Assembly (NCBI GenBank): GCA_002372935.1
Contig: DFJF01000016.1
Span: forward strand, 395 to 64,394
DNA: 64,000 nt
DNA from: Clostridiales bacterium UBA3678
GTDB taxonomy: Bacteria > Bacillota > Clostridia > TANB77 > CAG-508
Reading direction: 5' to 3'
Shown: positions 1-10,485 of the stretch, one piece after another
Layout of the letters: every line of letters starts with the position of its first letter
Position numbering within the stretch: the first letter of the stretch is position 1
Notes under the pieces: model-generated
What the model saw: the letters and a program-made list of their open reading frames with translations, nothing else
Databases searched by the model: none
What the model was told of the DNA's origin: nothing
Program-made: the position numbers and the translations under genes

Positions 1-1733
1 GCAGTATTATTATTTCTATTATTTTGCGAAGTTGTTGTATTTGTGGTTGTATTTGTTGTAGTATTTTCTGTAATTTCATTTTCTTCTTCGTTATCTTCTT
101 CTACTTCTACTTCTACTCTTGTTTCATCTGCTACTAATACTTCTGTATTATCAACTTTTAAAGCAAAATATGGTTGTTCTTTGCTTTCTTCTTTTAAATA
201 TAATATAAAATCACTATCAAAAATCATTTTTCTAGTTTTATTTACCCAAGCCTTTTGTGTAGAATCAATTACTGCCTCACTTTTTACACTACCACCTACA
301 TTATTTAATTCAAAATCTATTGTTTGTAATGCTTGTTTTATATAATAATTGCTATTTTTAATTTCTTTGCCACATAATTCATCATAGTTTATTTCATCAT
401 TTACTTTTATGAATGGTATTCTTAATATATCTTCTTTTTCAAATGTATTTTTTCCAGAATAGTTACTTTGTTGTTTCTTGATTTCATTATATTTTTCTTC
501 AAACGACTTGTTTTCTCCTGTTGTTTTATATAAAATAACTTCTTCTCCATCTTTTGTTTTTAGTTTAATTGCAAAATCATTTTCTGAATTATAAAACAAT
601 ATTTCTACATTTTTACTTGCCTCTGGCTTATTACTACTATCTACTCCAAAACATTTAACTCTATTTTCTGAATTTTTAAATTCCATACTTCCCATTGCTG
701 TTGAAAATGGCTCTAAAAATTCAAATTCTTTCTTTAGCATTGCATATAGTACATATCCGTTTGAATCATTCCAATCAATTCTGTCTATTAGTTTACTATC
801 TTCATTAAATTTTTGTTTTATTCCATTTTTTATTTTATTTTTTAAATCCTCGCCTACTGCTTGTCCGTGTATTTTAAAATATGAATTTTCTGATAATTGA
901 TCTTCTTTAAAACTTTGTTTGTTTAATTCATTTGCAAGTTCTGACTCTCCATCTACAAATTCAATTTTTCCTTTTACAACATCATTCATAAAGTCATTCC
1001 ATACTAAATTAAAAGTACCAACCCAAACTTTATTACTATCCATTGTTGATAATTTACTTGTATATGTAGGTGTAATTTGTGCTTTTCCTGTAAATCTTTC
1101 AATGATTTTCATTGTTGCATATACTCCTCCAGCAAGTACAACACTTATACACAAGATTGCTATAATTACCTTTGTAACTTTATTCATTTCATCAAATCCT
1201 TTCTTTATTAGAATTTTGCGTAATTCTTTTTTACCTCTATGGATAAGATTTTTTACATTTTGAACTGACTCTCCAAGTATTTGTGCTGTTTCTTGATATG
1301 TTAGTTCTTCAATTTTTACCAAGTATATTGCATTTTTATATCTATCATCTAACATATCAATTGCACTCATTATTGCTTTTCTTTTTTCATTCTTTGTTAC
1401 AATATCTGCAACATCTTGTCCAACTTGCTCTGTACCATTATAATAGTCTTCATTTATTTCTGTTCTTCTTTTTTCCATATTTATTAGATTATATGCTCTA
1501 CTTTTAGCAACCAAATACAAATAATATTTAAAAGTATATCCCTCTTTAATCTTATTTTGCATAACATAAATGAAGACATCTTGAGTAATATCTTCGGCTT
1601 TCTGATAATCTTTTACTATGTTGTAAACAAAGTATTGTATTTTGTCCTTATACTTGTTATATAGAAATTCAAAAGCACTTTTTTCTCCATCTAAATATTC
1701 ATTATATAATTTTATATCTAAATCTTTTTCCAT
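1..1733 (-). CDS. ECF-type sigma-70 domain fused through one TM helix to a serpin-like extracytoplasmic domain (3' end runs off the window)
   Basis: Absent from the ORF track because no stop lies inside the window. I translated the minus strand from the ATG at 1733-1731 (MEKDLDIKLYNEYLDGEKSAFEFLYNKY...) and found no stop down to base 1. Sigma region 2-like 'EDITQDVFIYVMQN' and region 4 HTH 'LTYQETAQILGESVQNVKNLIHRGKKELRKIL' are followed, with no stop, by TM 'VTKVIIAILCISVVLAGGVYA'. Serpin-like C-terminal motifs follow: 'IDFELNNVGGSVKSEAV' and 'FDSDFILYLKEE..PYFALKV'. Confidence 0.6.
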   Translation of the reverse strand, partial: MEKDLDIKLYNEYLDGEKSAFEFLYNKYKDKIQYFVYNIVKDYQKAEDITQDVFIYVMQNKIKEGYTFKYYLYLVAKSRAYNLINMEKRRTEINEDYYNGTEQVGQDVADIVTKNEKRKAIMSAIDMLDDRYKNAIYLVKIEELTYQETAQILGESVQNVKNLIHRGKKELRKILIKKGFDEMNKVTKVIIAILCISVVLAGGVYATMKIIERFTGKAQITPTYTSKLSTMDSNKVWVGTFNLVWNDFMNDVVKGKIEFVDGESELANELNKQSFKEDQLSENSYFKIHGQAVGEDLKNKIKNGIKQKFNEDSKLIDRIDWNDSNGYVLYAMLKKEFEFLEPFSTAMGSMEFKNSENRVKCFGVDSSNKPEASKNVEILFYNSENDFAIKLKTKDGEEVILYKTTGENKSFEEKYNEIKKQQSNYSGKNTFEKEDILRIPFIKVNDEINYDELCGKEIKNSNYYIKQALQTIDFELNNVGGSVKSEAVIDSTQKAWVNKTRKMIFDSDFILYLKEESKEQPYFALKVDNTEVLVADETRVEVEVEEDNEEENEITENTTTNTTTNTTTSQNNRNNNT

Positions 1734-1868
1734 ATCTTACCCTGCTTTCATATATACAAACAGATGAAAATCAAAAAAGTTTCAAATTTTTGTAATTTTT
1801 TTCATTTTATCATATTTTATGAAATAGAAAAAGGTACTAACTATATAAGTTAATACCTCTCCTATAAA

Positions 1869-2999
1869 TTATCTTTTACTTTCTGAATAAATATAATCTA
1901 ATGGATGTCCTCCTATTATCTCTCCTGTTGTTGCATCTACAAAATAACTATATTTACCCTCTGTATATCTTTTTCTTGTATCTTCTCCGTAATTATCTTC
2001 ATAAGTTATTACTACTACCCACGCTTTCCTTACCTTATCATCAACTTTGTAGTAATCTCTTTCCTCATTTGGATAATTAGGTGTCTGCATTGCCTCATAA
2101 TATTTTTCTTTATTGTTTATTCTATTATAAGCATCCGCATTCATTTTTACTACCATTAACTTGGCTTGTGTACTTTCTACTTTATTTGTTTCTATCTTTT
2201 TATCTTCATTTAGAGCAAGTTCTATTGCCTCTTGCTCTGTTTTTACAACTTCATTATTATCAAATGGAATATTTACAACTCTAAAATAATCAATATCTTT
2301 ATTTTTGGACTCTACTGCTATGCTAATTCTTTCGTAATAGTTTTCTAAATTTCCGTATTTTTTACAATATTCAATGTCTATTTTAAAACCTGGATCTGTA
2401 TCATTACCACTTTTATTGTTTGAATGTATTTTTGATATTTCATATTCATCTTCTTTAAATCCAAATAATTTATAATATTTATTAGCAGTTTCTATTGCTT
2501 CTTCTACCGTTATATATTTATTAAGATCTTGAATATCTTTATTATGATTCCATATATCATAGAATTCTCCAGTTTGTCCATCAATACTTATTTCATAATT
2601 ATCTTCCGTATCAAAACGATACCATATTTTGTTAGAATCATACTCTTTATAATGATTTGTTCCTACTATATTTGAGTTAAATTGTATTTCATTTAACTTA
2701 TTTATTGCAATTTCTTTAGCCTTTTCTTCTGACATATTTTCCTTTTTGCTTTCTTCTGTTATTTTTGTTATTTCTTCAAAATCTCCAGAAGATAATTCTA
2801 TTTTTTCTGGTGTTTTCCAAATATTCTCATACACCATTGTTCCTGCAAATACAACACCTGTACTTAATATTACTCCTGCAAGTGCTGTTGCTGCCGTTTT
2901 TAAAATACCTTTTGTTTTATTTTCCATAACTATATCATTCTCCTCTTTAATTTTTGATATAGCAATTTTTGTTTTTATCTTATTTTTATCGAAGTCCAT
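1869..2999 (-). CDS. membrane-anchored protein, putative anti-sigma factor with PepSY-like repeats (tentative)
   Basis: 376-aa ORF. Short cytoplasmic N-terminus, then TM helix 'TAATALAGVILSTGVVFAGTMVY'. Its ATG lies 2 nt after the stop of the sigma gene 3002..3562. Repeated 'EEA.E.A' segments resemble PepSY-type domains. The anti-sigma role is inferred from position only. Confidence 0.45.
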   Translation of the reverse strand: MDFDKNKIKTKIAISKIKEENDIVMENKTKGILKTAATALAGVILSTGVVFAGTMVYENIWKTPEKIELSSGDFEEITKITEESKKENMSEEKAKEIAINKLNEIQFNSNIVGTNHYKEYDSNKIWYRFDTEDNYEISIDGQTGEFYDIWNHNKDIQDLNKYITVEEAIETANKYYKLFGFKEDEYEISKIHSNNKSGNDTDPGFKIDIEYCKKYGNLENYYERISIAVESKNKDIDYFRVVNIPFDNNEVVKTEQEAIELALNEDKKIETNKVESTQAKLMVVKMNADAYNRINNKEKYYEAMQTPNYPNEERDYYKVDDKVRKAWVVVITYEDNYGEDTRKRYTEGKYSYFVDATTGEIIGGHPLDYIYSESKR

Positions 3000-3001
3000 T
3001 T

Positions 3002-3562
3002 CTAAATCCCTCCATTATTTAATTCTTTCTTAATTTTCTTTCGTATTCTATGTAATCTTGTCTTTACATTAAATTCAGAAATATTCAATTTTTTTGCTAT
3101 ATCCTTAACTGACATAGATGAATAATAAAATAAATTTACAATTTCAATATCAATATTTTTTAGTCCCTTAATCTTCTGTTCAACATCATAAATTAAATCT
3201 CTATCATTTTCACACATATTTACACTATTTATTAAATCATTTTCAAAATCACTAATATCATAGGTTAATTTTAGTTTTCTGTACTTTTCTTTTATTAAAT
3301 TTCTTGTTATTCCTGCTAAATATGAATTTAATGATACATTGATATTTAATCTATTTCTATTTTTCCATAATATAAAAAATGTGTCTGAATAGATTTCTTC
3401 TTTATCTTCAAATGATATTGAATTATCTGTTCCATTATTTATTATTGTTGTTATGTATGGTGTAAAATCTTCTATTATTTGTTCTATATCAATTTCATTA
3501 TTTTTATAATAATCCTCTAACTGCTTTAACTCCTTCAACTTAAAAACTCCTTTATAAGACAT
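3002..3562 (-). CDS. sigma-70 family (ECF-like) RNA polymerase sigma factor
   Basis: 186 aa. Region 4 HTH 'MSVKDIAKKLNISEFNVKTRLHRIRKKIKKEL'; region 2-like 'EIYSDTFFILWKN'. Paralogous to the N-terminal part of the 1..1733 CDS. Confidence 0.7.
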   Translation of the reverse strand: MSYKGVFKLKELKQLEDYYKNNEIDIEQIIEDFTPYITTIINNGTDNSISFEDKEEIYSDTFFILWKNRNRLNINVSLNSYLAGITRNLIKEKYRKLKLTYDISDFENDLINSVNMCENDRDLIYDVEQKIKGLKNIDIEIVNLFYYSSMSVKDIAKKLNISEFNVKTRLHRIRKKIKKELNNGGI

Positions 3563-3671
3563 CTTACATTTATATAGTGTAGTTTAATCAACAAAAGGTT
3601 ACACTTTATTTTTAATTTTATTATAAAAACAAAAATAGGAATTATATTTCAAATTCCTATTTTAATTTATT

Positions 3672-4163
3672 CTATCTATCATTAAAATCTTTTTCTGGAG
3701 ATAAATGATTTAAAACTTTTTCTATATCAGCATTCATAATTATAAGTTCTTTATCTTTTTTAAAACCTATTCTATTATACCAATTTTGTGGAAACTCACT
3801 TTCATCTCCATATGTATGAAATTCAATTACTTTAGCTTGATAAATACTTTGGGCTACTGCTAGATGTCTTTTATATAATTCTTTTCCAATATGTCTTTCT
3901 TGATATGGTTTAGAAACAAATATCTCTGTATCAACTAATCTATTTCCATCAAACCACGGTTTTACTCCTGACATAACTGCACCGACTGCTTTTCCATCTT
4001 CTTCAGCAACAAAAAACAAATCCCCTTGTTTTTCATACCAATATCTTAACAATTTTTCAGCACTCTCAATACTCCAAAATTCACCTATATTGACATCGTC
4101 ATACAAATCTTTATAAATTAAGGCTAATTCTTTAATATCTTTTTCTTCTACTAATCTAATCAT
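3672..4163 (-). CDS. GNAT family N-acetyltransferase
   Basis: 163 aa. Acetyl-CoA binding-type segment 'IFVSKPYQERHIGKELYKRHLAVA' and C-terminal 'WYNRIGFKK', typical of the GNAT fold. Confidence 0.7.
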   Translation of the reverse strand: MIRLVEEKDIKELALIYKDLYDDVNIGEFWSIESAEKLLRYWYEKQGDLFFVAEEDGKAVGAVMSGVKPWFDGNRLVDTEIFVSKPYQERHIGKELYKRHLAVAQSIYQAKVIEFHTYGDESEFPQNWYNRIGFKKDKELIIMNADIEKVLNHLSPEKDFNDR

Positions 4164-4266
4164 CCTGTTACTTCTCCTAAATTAATTTTTTTAGATTATA
4201 TCACTAAAATCATTTTTTTTCAACTCAAAAAATGCAATACAGGATAATTCTAATACAATTTCATTT

Positions 4267-4332
4267 AAAGTAAATTCTACTTTTTCTTAAAAGATAAAAT
4301 TTAGGTTTAAATTTCAAAGTAGAATTTACTTT
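4267..4332. repeat. perfect 17-bp inverted repeat with 32-nt spacer
   Basis: AAAGTAAATTCTACTTT at 4267-4283 and its exact reverse complement AAAGTAGAATTTACTTT at 4316-4332. It lies between the sortase stop (4358) and the GNAT start (4163). Confidence 0.85.
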
Positions 4333-4357
4333 TGTAAGCATAAATACCTAGTTTATT

Positions 4358-5113
4358 TTAAATCTTCTTTGCATAAACAACATATCTATATGGTGTTTTC
4401 TCCATATCTTTTACAGGATAACAAGTATAAAGCATTAAGATTTCTTCGTCTTTTTGTATTGGTAATTTATCTGTTTCAGTTTCCAATACAACTTGTTCAT
4501 CATATACTTCGTAATAAAAATCTCCATAATCTGTTTTTATTTCTATAATATCTCCGTTTTTTAGTTCTCCAAGTCTTTTAAAATTATTCAAATAATCGTG
4601 TTCGCACATTATTATTGTTCCATTTTCTCCTGCAAAATATGAGCCACTATCGTGTCCTACTCCTTTTTGTATTATTTCATCTGTTGCACCAAAATAAATT
4701 GGAGCATTTATCCCTATTTTTTTTATTTTTAGTGTTGCATATTGTTCTGCAAAATTAGGATAGTGTTCCAGATGTCCCTCTACAAAAGCACTCTCATCAA
4801 AAGTAGATTTAACTGTTACCTTTTTTTCTACCTCTTGTTTTTCATTATTTGTTGTCTTTTCTTCTTTTTGTTCTACTTTATTTGTATTCTCTATTATTTT
4901 TGATTTGTTTTCAATTATTTTATTTTCTTCTTTTGTTTCCTGTATTGTATTTTTTTCTGCACTTTCATTTTGCTCTACAACTTCCATAGTTTCATTTGCT
5001 TGAATTTCTCTATTTTTAAATTCATTTCTTGCCTTTACAATTCCCATTATTATAATTACTATCAAAAAAATTATAGCAATTATTACACTAAACTTACTAT
5101 TCTTTTCTCTCAT
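4358..5113 (-). CDS. sortase family transpeptidase (membrane anchored)
   Basis: 251 aa. N-terminal TM 'FSVIIAIIFLIVIIIMGIV', a Glu/Lys-rich linker, then a sortase-like core: 'GINAPIYFG', 'NGDIIEIKT' and the conserved Cys in 'LMLYTCYP'. Confidence 0.6.
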   Translation of the reverse strand: MREKNSKFSVIIAIIFLIVIIIMGIVKARNEFKNREIQANETMEVVEQNESAEKNTIQETKEENKIIENKSKIIENTNKVEQKEEKTTNNEKQEVEKKVTVKSTFDESAFVEGHLEHYPNFAEQYATLKIKKIGINAPIYFGATDEIIQKGVGHDSGSYFAGENGTIIMCEHDYLNNFKRLGELKNGDIIEIKTDYGDFYYEVYDEQVVLETETDKLPIQKDEEILMLYTCYPVKDMEKTPYRYVVYAKKI

Positions 5114-5198
5114 ATATTATTTTTCCTTTCAAATTTTTTCAAAAAATAAAGGCTACTAACCTTATAATTAGTAACCTCTATAATCATATTTTTTCAAA

Positions 5199-5366
5199 TT
5201 AAACAATCTGGCTTTCTATTTCATCTTCAGTAATTTCTTTCCTATCTATTGTTTCTCCAGATTCATTTACTATCTCTGCAAAATATTTCTTTTTATTTAT
5301 TATATTTAAAATAGTTGCTTTATTACTATTCTTTAATTTTACTACATCAAAAACTTTATATTTCAT
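5199..5366 (-). CDS. small hypothetical protein (55 aa, below ORF-track cutoff)
   Basis: My own translation: ATG at 5366, MKYKVFDVVKLKNSNKATILNIINKKKYFAEIVNESGETIDRKEITEDEIESQIV, stop at 5201-5199. A purine-rich 'GAAAGGAC' lies upstream. It fills an otherwise empty 300-nt gap. Confidence 0.3.
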   Translation of the reverse strand: MKYKVFDVVKLKNSNKATILNIINKKKYFAEIVNESGETIDRKEITEDEIESQIV

Positions 5367-5418
5367 TTGTTTTATGTCCTTTCACTTTATTTATATAACA
5401 AAATAGTTTTTATTTCAA

Positions 5419-7057
5419 CTAATACATTGGTGTTCCATAACCTAAAATATCACTACTATCTATGGCATATTCTTTTGCTTTGCAAATATCTCCTCTTGTA
5501 TTTCCCTCAATAGTATAAACTTTACTATTTTCACTTTTTTCTACAATTCCAACGTGATCTGCTTTTCCATCTCGTTTATCTGCCCAATCAAAGAAAATTA
5601 TATCTCCGTGCTTTTGGACTATAACCTCTTTCTTGCCATAAGCCACAAGTTTTAAACCAAGTAACTCCCTCTATTTGACAACTTGCAAATTTAGGTATAA
5701 TTCCACCATCTATATAACCACATTGATTAGCACACCAACTGACAAAACAAGCACACCATTCTACCCTAGAAGAAAATCCGTACCAACTCCAATAAGGTTG
5801 TCCTCCTACATTACCAATTTGAGAAAATGCTACTTGTACTATATCATTACTTCCTGCAGATGAACCATATAAAACATTAGACCACATTGACAAGTATTCT
5901 TCTTTTCTTATTTCAGCAAGTTGTTCCTTTTGTTTATTATTCATATTATACTTTTCTATCATTTCTTCAACAGATTTCTTTTTTACAGTTATATACAAAA
6001 CTTTTCTTTTTGATTTTTCTGTTTTTTTATTGCCGTTTTCATCTGTTGTTTCTATATCTTTTTCTACTTCTTCAACCTTTGAGGATATTTCGTTCATTTC
6101 CCAGAATATATCTTTTAATTTTTGTATTTTTTTATCATCTAAAGTTATTACATCACTTTGTTCTTCTCCATTTGTTACTAAAACTGCATAAACTGATATA
6201 ATATCTCTCCATTCTGCCCTTTCTGATTTTATTTCATAATCGTCGTGTGCATTATTGTTTTGTATTTCAGTTATTTTATTTGCAAATTCCGTGTTTATTT
6301 CTGTTACAACAGAACTCATTGTTCTATCATTTGTTTTATTTTTATTACTTGATTTCTTTTCATTTGAGAAGAATATTCCAAAAACAGAACTACATATTAG
6401 TCCTATCATACAAATAATTATAACTATTACAAGTGCTATCCATCCACCTGCAATAAGTGCCGTAATAAGTGCTTTTAGTCCTGCAATTATTCCTTTTACT
6501 GCTGATATTGTTGCTTTTGCTCCTACTTTAACACCCTTTGCAACACCTTTTGCAGTAACTTTTGCTACTTGATATGTTTTCTTTAACCCTCTTGCTGTTT
6601 GTTTTGCAACAACTTTAGTTCCTTTCATTGTTCTTTCAGCAGTTTTAGGTGCATTTTTTACTATTCTTTTTGTATTCTTTTGTGCAACATTTTTTATAGT
6701 TTTATTTCCTTTATCTACTATTCCTTTGATTTCTTTTGTTTTCTGCTTTATAGTTCTATTTTGAATTTTCTTTTTTATTTTATCTTTTGCAAATTCTATA
6801 TTTTGCTTTGTTTGTTTTACTGATTTTTGCCCATATTTATTAAAAGTATTTATACCTTTATTTGATATTGTTCTTGTTGTATTAGAAATTTTATCTGCTC
6901 CATATTCTGTTGGTGTATTATCCTCTTTATTGCTTATATCATTTGTTTTTTCTTTTACATCTACAAGATTACTTTTTAATTTTTGTGTGTAAATTTCTGC
7001 TTTGTTTATCTTCTTAATTTTTATATCACTTTTTTTCTTTATCTTTATATCAGCCAA
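5419..7057 (-). pseudogene. membrane-anchored CHAP/NlpC-P60-type cell-wall hydrolase of the T4SS, interrupted by a 1-nt insertion
   Basis: ORFs 5588..7057 and 5419..5646 overlap. Removing the extra base at about 5608 (coding strand GCA-C-GGAGAT) gives ...WQERGYSPKA/GDIIFFDWADKRDGKADHVGIVEK. Catalytic-type Cys in 'VEWCACFVSWCA' and His in 'DHVGIV'. Central TM 'WIALVIVIIICMIGLICSSVFGIFF'. Confidence 0.75.
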
Positions 7058-7068
7058 AGTACCACCTC

Positions 7069-7803
7069 CTATAATACTTTTTTTGCTACAACTACTAATC
7101 TTCCGTTCTTTATACTATAATCACAAGTAACTAATGTTATAAATTTATCGCCATATTCTGCATTGTTTTCTGTATTATAAAAAGAGAGTTCTTTACATTT
7201 TGTTACAAATGTTTCAAACTCTTTTTCATTATTTGCATTAACAAATTCGTAATACTTAAATTCACTATTTGCTGTTGTTCTAAATACTGATATAATCTCA
7301 TATTCTGTTAAATTATCTTTTGTGTAAAATTTTATATTCTTATGATTTTTGTAAAAATCTTTATTTCTGTATTTTTCTAATTCTCCAAACATTTTTGAAT
7401 TGTTTATGTGATGACCATAAATAATTAAATTATCACTTATTTGTATATCACAATTTTCTGCTAAAAAAGGTGTTCCCCATTGAGAATATTTTTTATAAAA
7501 ATCTTTTCTCAAATAAAATTGTGGTCTATCTTTTGTCTGCATTACTGGATAATTTATGTTTGTGTCATCTATTTTTATCCACCCTATAATATCACTATTT
7601 ATTTTATATAGTTCTTCAATATCTATCGTATCTTCCTTTATATCTTTTGCTTTTTTCTCTTTATCTTCTGCTATTTCTACTAATTCTTCAAAAGTGTTTT
7701 CTTGTTTCTTATCTTCTTGCTTATCTTTAAAAATAAAATAACTACTAATAAGCATTATGCCTATTAGTAGTATTATAACTATTCCATATATTATCTTTTT
7801 CAT
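7069..7803 (-). CDS. class B-like sortase
   Basis: 244 aa. TM anchor 'IIYGIVIILLIGIMLISSYFIF', His motif 'LIIYGHH', Cys motif 'ITLVTCDY'. Confidence 0.7.
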   Translation of the reverse strand: MKKIIYGIVIILLIGIMLISSYFIFKDKQEDKKQENTFEELVEIAEDKEKKAKDIKEDTIDIEELYKINSDIIGWIKIDDTNINYPVMQTKDRPQFYLRKDFYKKYSQWGTPFLAENCDIQISDNLIIYGHHINNSKMFGELEKYRNKDFYKNHKNIKFYTKDNLTEYEIISVFRTTANSEFKYYEFVNANNEKEFETFVTKCKELSFYNTENNAEYGDKFITLVTCDYSIKNGRLVVVAKKVL

Positions 7804-7808
7804 TTGTA

Positions 7809-10151
7809 TTACACCTCTCCTGTTGTTTCTTCTATTTTAGTTGTCATTAACTTATATAATTTAGTATCTTTAGGAAATTTATTTTTAAATGGAATAAGCG
7901 AGTTCCTAACTCTAATTAGTCCCTCGCCACTATCAACATTTGTTATATATCCTTTTTCCATTTCTGATATTTTTAAGCAATCTACTAATTTTTCTCTATC
8001 TGTTGCAGATTGATTAAGCATTATTATCAATTCGCTATTTGAAAACATTGTACTTGATTTTTCTCTTTTCAAAATTTCTTCAATATTTTGAGTAATACCT
8101 GTTGCACAACCTCCATATTTCCTTATTCTTTTCCATAAGGTAGATATGAAGTTTGCAGTATAGTCATATTTAAAAAGCAAATATATTTCATCTATAAAAA
8201 TATATGTCCTTTTTCCATCTTGTCTGTTTTTTGAAATTCTGTTTATAATGCTATCCAATATTACTAACATTCCAATTGGAAGTAATTGCTCTCCTAAGTC
8301 CATAATATCATAACAAATTATTCTGTTATCTGTTTCCACATTTGTTTGTTGTGCAAATGTATTTAAACTTCCTTTTGTAAATAACTCTAACCCTAGAGCA
8401 ATATCTCTTGCCTCTCTTTCTTTTTGTCTTAATAATACATCTCTAAAATCATTAAGTGTTGGTGGTGTTCCTTGAAAATTCCCCTGTTCATAATATTTAT
8501 AAACTTCTGTCGTACATCTGTCTATTATAGCCTCTTGAATTGGAGTTATATTTTTTAAGATTTGTTCGCATAAAGAAAGTATAAACTCTGACTTTGCAAC
8601 TAATGGTTTATTATCATCATAGTCTTTATTCATATCTAAAGCATTTATATGATTATCACTTGTTGCAGATATTTTTATAACTTCTCCTCCTAGTTCTTTT
8701 ATAAGTGGTTTGTACTCCGCTTCTGGATCTATAACAATAATATCTGCATCTGGCTCTCTTAATGCTATTGAAGTTATTTCTTGTTTTGCCGTGAATGATT
8801 TACCACTACCACTAACTCCTAATATAAATGAATTTCCATTTTGTAATTGTTTTCTATCAATTAAAATCATATTTTTTGATATTACATTTTTACCATAATA
8901 AACTCCCTGCGTATCTTGAATTTCTTGTACCTTAAAAGGCATAAATACTGCTAAACTTTCTGTTGTTAATGTTCTTTTTGTATTTATTCTTTTTACACCA
9001 GATGGCATTGCTGTACTTAATCCATCATATTGTTGATATTTCAAAGTTACTAATTGGCACATATGCTTACCTGCCGTTGATGTTAAACTCTCTGTATCAT
9101 TATCTAATTCTTCTTTACTATCAGCAGTATGCACTATTGTTAATGTTCCATAAAACATTCTTTGATCTCTTGAAGTTAAATCTTCTAACATTCCTCTACT
9201 TTCTTCTCTTTGCATTTCCATATCAAAAGGAAGAACAGCAGAAAAGTTATTGTTTTCATTTTGTCGTCTTTGCCAATTTGCAATATTAGTTTCTACTCCA
9301 AGTCTTACCTTTTCGGCTTTTTTTATTGCCTCCTCCATTGGTACTGGTTTTATATCAATACTTAACATGATATTTTTGTTTAAATCTGTTAATTCTGATA
9401 TTATATTATCTCTTATAAAAGTAGCATATTCTTTAAGATATAATACTCTGCCGTATCTATCTCCCATTTTAAAATAATCAGACTTAAACTCAAAAGTATT
9501 TGGACAAATATAATCTTTAAAACTATGTCCTTTTCTCATACATTGTTTTAAGTCAAATTTATATAAGTCTTCTTCTCCTACTCTATAAAAGTCATAAAAA
9601 ATTCTTAATCTTTCATTCAAATCTAATTCTGTAAGTTTAGAGCCTAATTTTGAAAAGTTATTTGATAACTCTGTACCTGTTCTTGAAAAATAATTTCTCG
9701 ATTCTTCAAAATTCTTTTTGTCTATTGAAATTGTTAATAATTTTTCTTGTATAATTCCGTTTGAATCAATAGAATTTTTTGCAAGTATTTCATTATATTC
9801 TTTTCTATATTCTGACAGATTATCATTTCCAACATCTAATTTCATCTTATTATCAAAATCTACTTTATTTAATTTTCTGTTTATAATTGTTAGTTTCGGA
9901 TCAGAACCACAATCTAATAAATTTAAAATACTTCCATATCCTAAAAACATTGTTTCTTTATCTTCTTGTCCTGCTACTGCATAATTAACATCTGTAAATC
10001 TAAATGTTTTTGAATATTTTTTTCTTCCTACCTCAAATGTTCCATCTTCATATACTGCCCTAATTGGTATTGCCTGTTGTACACTTCTAGGTATTTTTAC
10101 TCTTTCTTTTTTTCTTCTTTTTAGAAATAACACTTTTTTTCTCCTCCTCAT
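7809..10151 (-). CDS. VirB4-family T4SS ATPase (TcpF/PrgJ-like)
   Basis: 780 aa. Walker A 'GVSGSGKSF', Walker B-like 'TYIFIDEIY'. Lies directly downstream of a PrgI/VirB3-like gene. The exact start is uncertain because it overlaps the 10087..10485 ORF. Confidence 0.85.
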   Translation of the reverse strand: MRRRKKVLFLKRRKKERVKIPRSVQQAIPIRAVYEDGTFEVGRKKYSKTFRFTDVNYAVAGQEDKETMFLGYGSILNLLDCGSDPKLTIINRKLNKVDFDNKMKLDVGNDNLSEYRKEYNEILAKNSIDSNGIIQEKLLTISIDKKNFEESRNYFSRTGTELSNNFSKLGSKLTELDLNERLRIFYDFYRVGEEDLYKFDLKQCMRKGHSFKDYICPNTFEFKSDYFKMGDRYGRVLYLKEYATFIRDNIISELTDLNKNIMLSIDIKPVPMEEAIKKAEKVRLGVETNIANWQRRQNENNNFSAVLPFDMEMQREESRGMLEDLTSRDQRMFYGTLTIVHTADSKEELDNDTESLTSTAGKHMCQLVTLKYQQYDGLSTAMPSGVKRINTKRTLTTESLAVFMPFKVQEIQDTQGVYYGKNVISKNMILIDRKQLQNGNSFILGVSGSGKSFTAKQEITSIALREPDADIIVIDPEAEYKPLIKELGGEVIKISATSDNHINALDMNKDYDDNKPLVAKSEFILSLCEQILKNITPIQEAIIDRCTTEVYKYYEQGNFQGTPPTLNDFRDVLLRQKEREARDIALGLELFTKGSLNTFAQQTNVETDNRIICYDIMDLGEQLLPIGMLVILDSIINRISKNRQDGKRTYIFIDEIYLLFKYDYTANFISTLWKRIRKYGGCATGITQNIEEILKREKSSTMFSNSELIIMLNQSATDREKLVDCLKISEMEKGYITNVDSGEGLIRVRNSLIPFKNKFPKDTKLYKLMTTKIEETTGEV

Positions 10152-10485
10152 CTTCTTTAATTTCTATTTTCAAAAGTTCTTCATAATAGTTTTCTGGCTT
10201 AAAGAATAGAACTTTTGGCATCAATATCTCTGACTTAATCCACGCTATTACAAATTCTTCAGCATTCATTCCGTTGTATTTTACAAAGCCCAATACCCCA
10301 AAAGGTACTGCTCCTAAAATACATACCCACGATAAAGTTTCTATTCCGAAATGTCCTCTTAATAAAAAATATAATAAAACTGCTACTCCACAAGCCAGAG
10401 CAGAAAAAATGAACTGTCTTAATGACAGTCCAAAGAAAACAGATTCGGTATAATTACCTATCTCTTTATTAACTTTAATCTCCAC
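10087..10485 (-). CDS. PrgI/VirB3-like small T4SS membrane protein
   Basis: 132 aa. The pattern 'SVFFGLSLRQFIFSALACGVAVLLYF' followed by a second TM segment is typical of PrgI-family proteins, which precede VirB4. Confidence 0.6.
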   Translation of the reverse strand: MEIKVNKEIGNYTESVFFGLSLRQFIFSALACGVAVLLYFLLRGHFGIETLSWVCILGAVPFGVLGFVKYNGMNAEEFVIAWIKSEILMPKVLFFKPENYYEELLKIEIKEDEEEKKSVISKKKKKRKSKNT

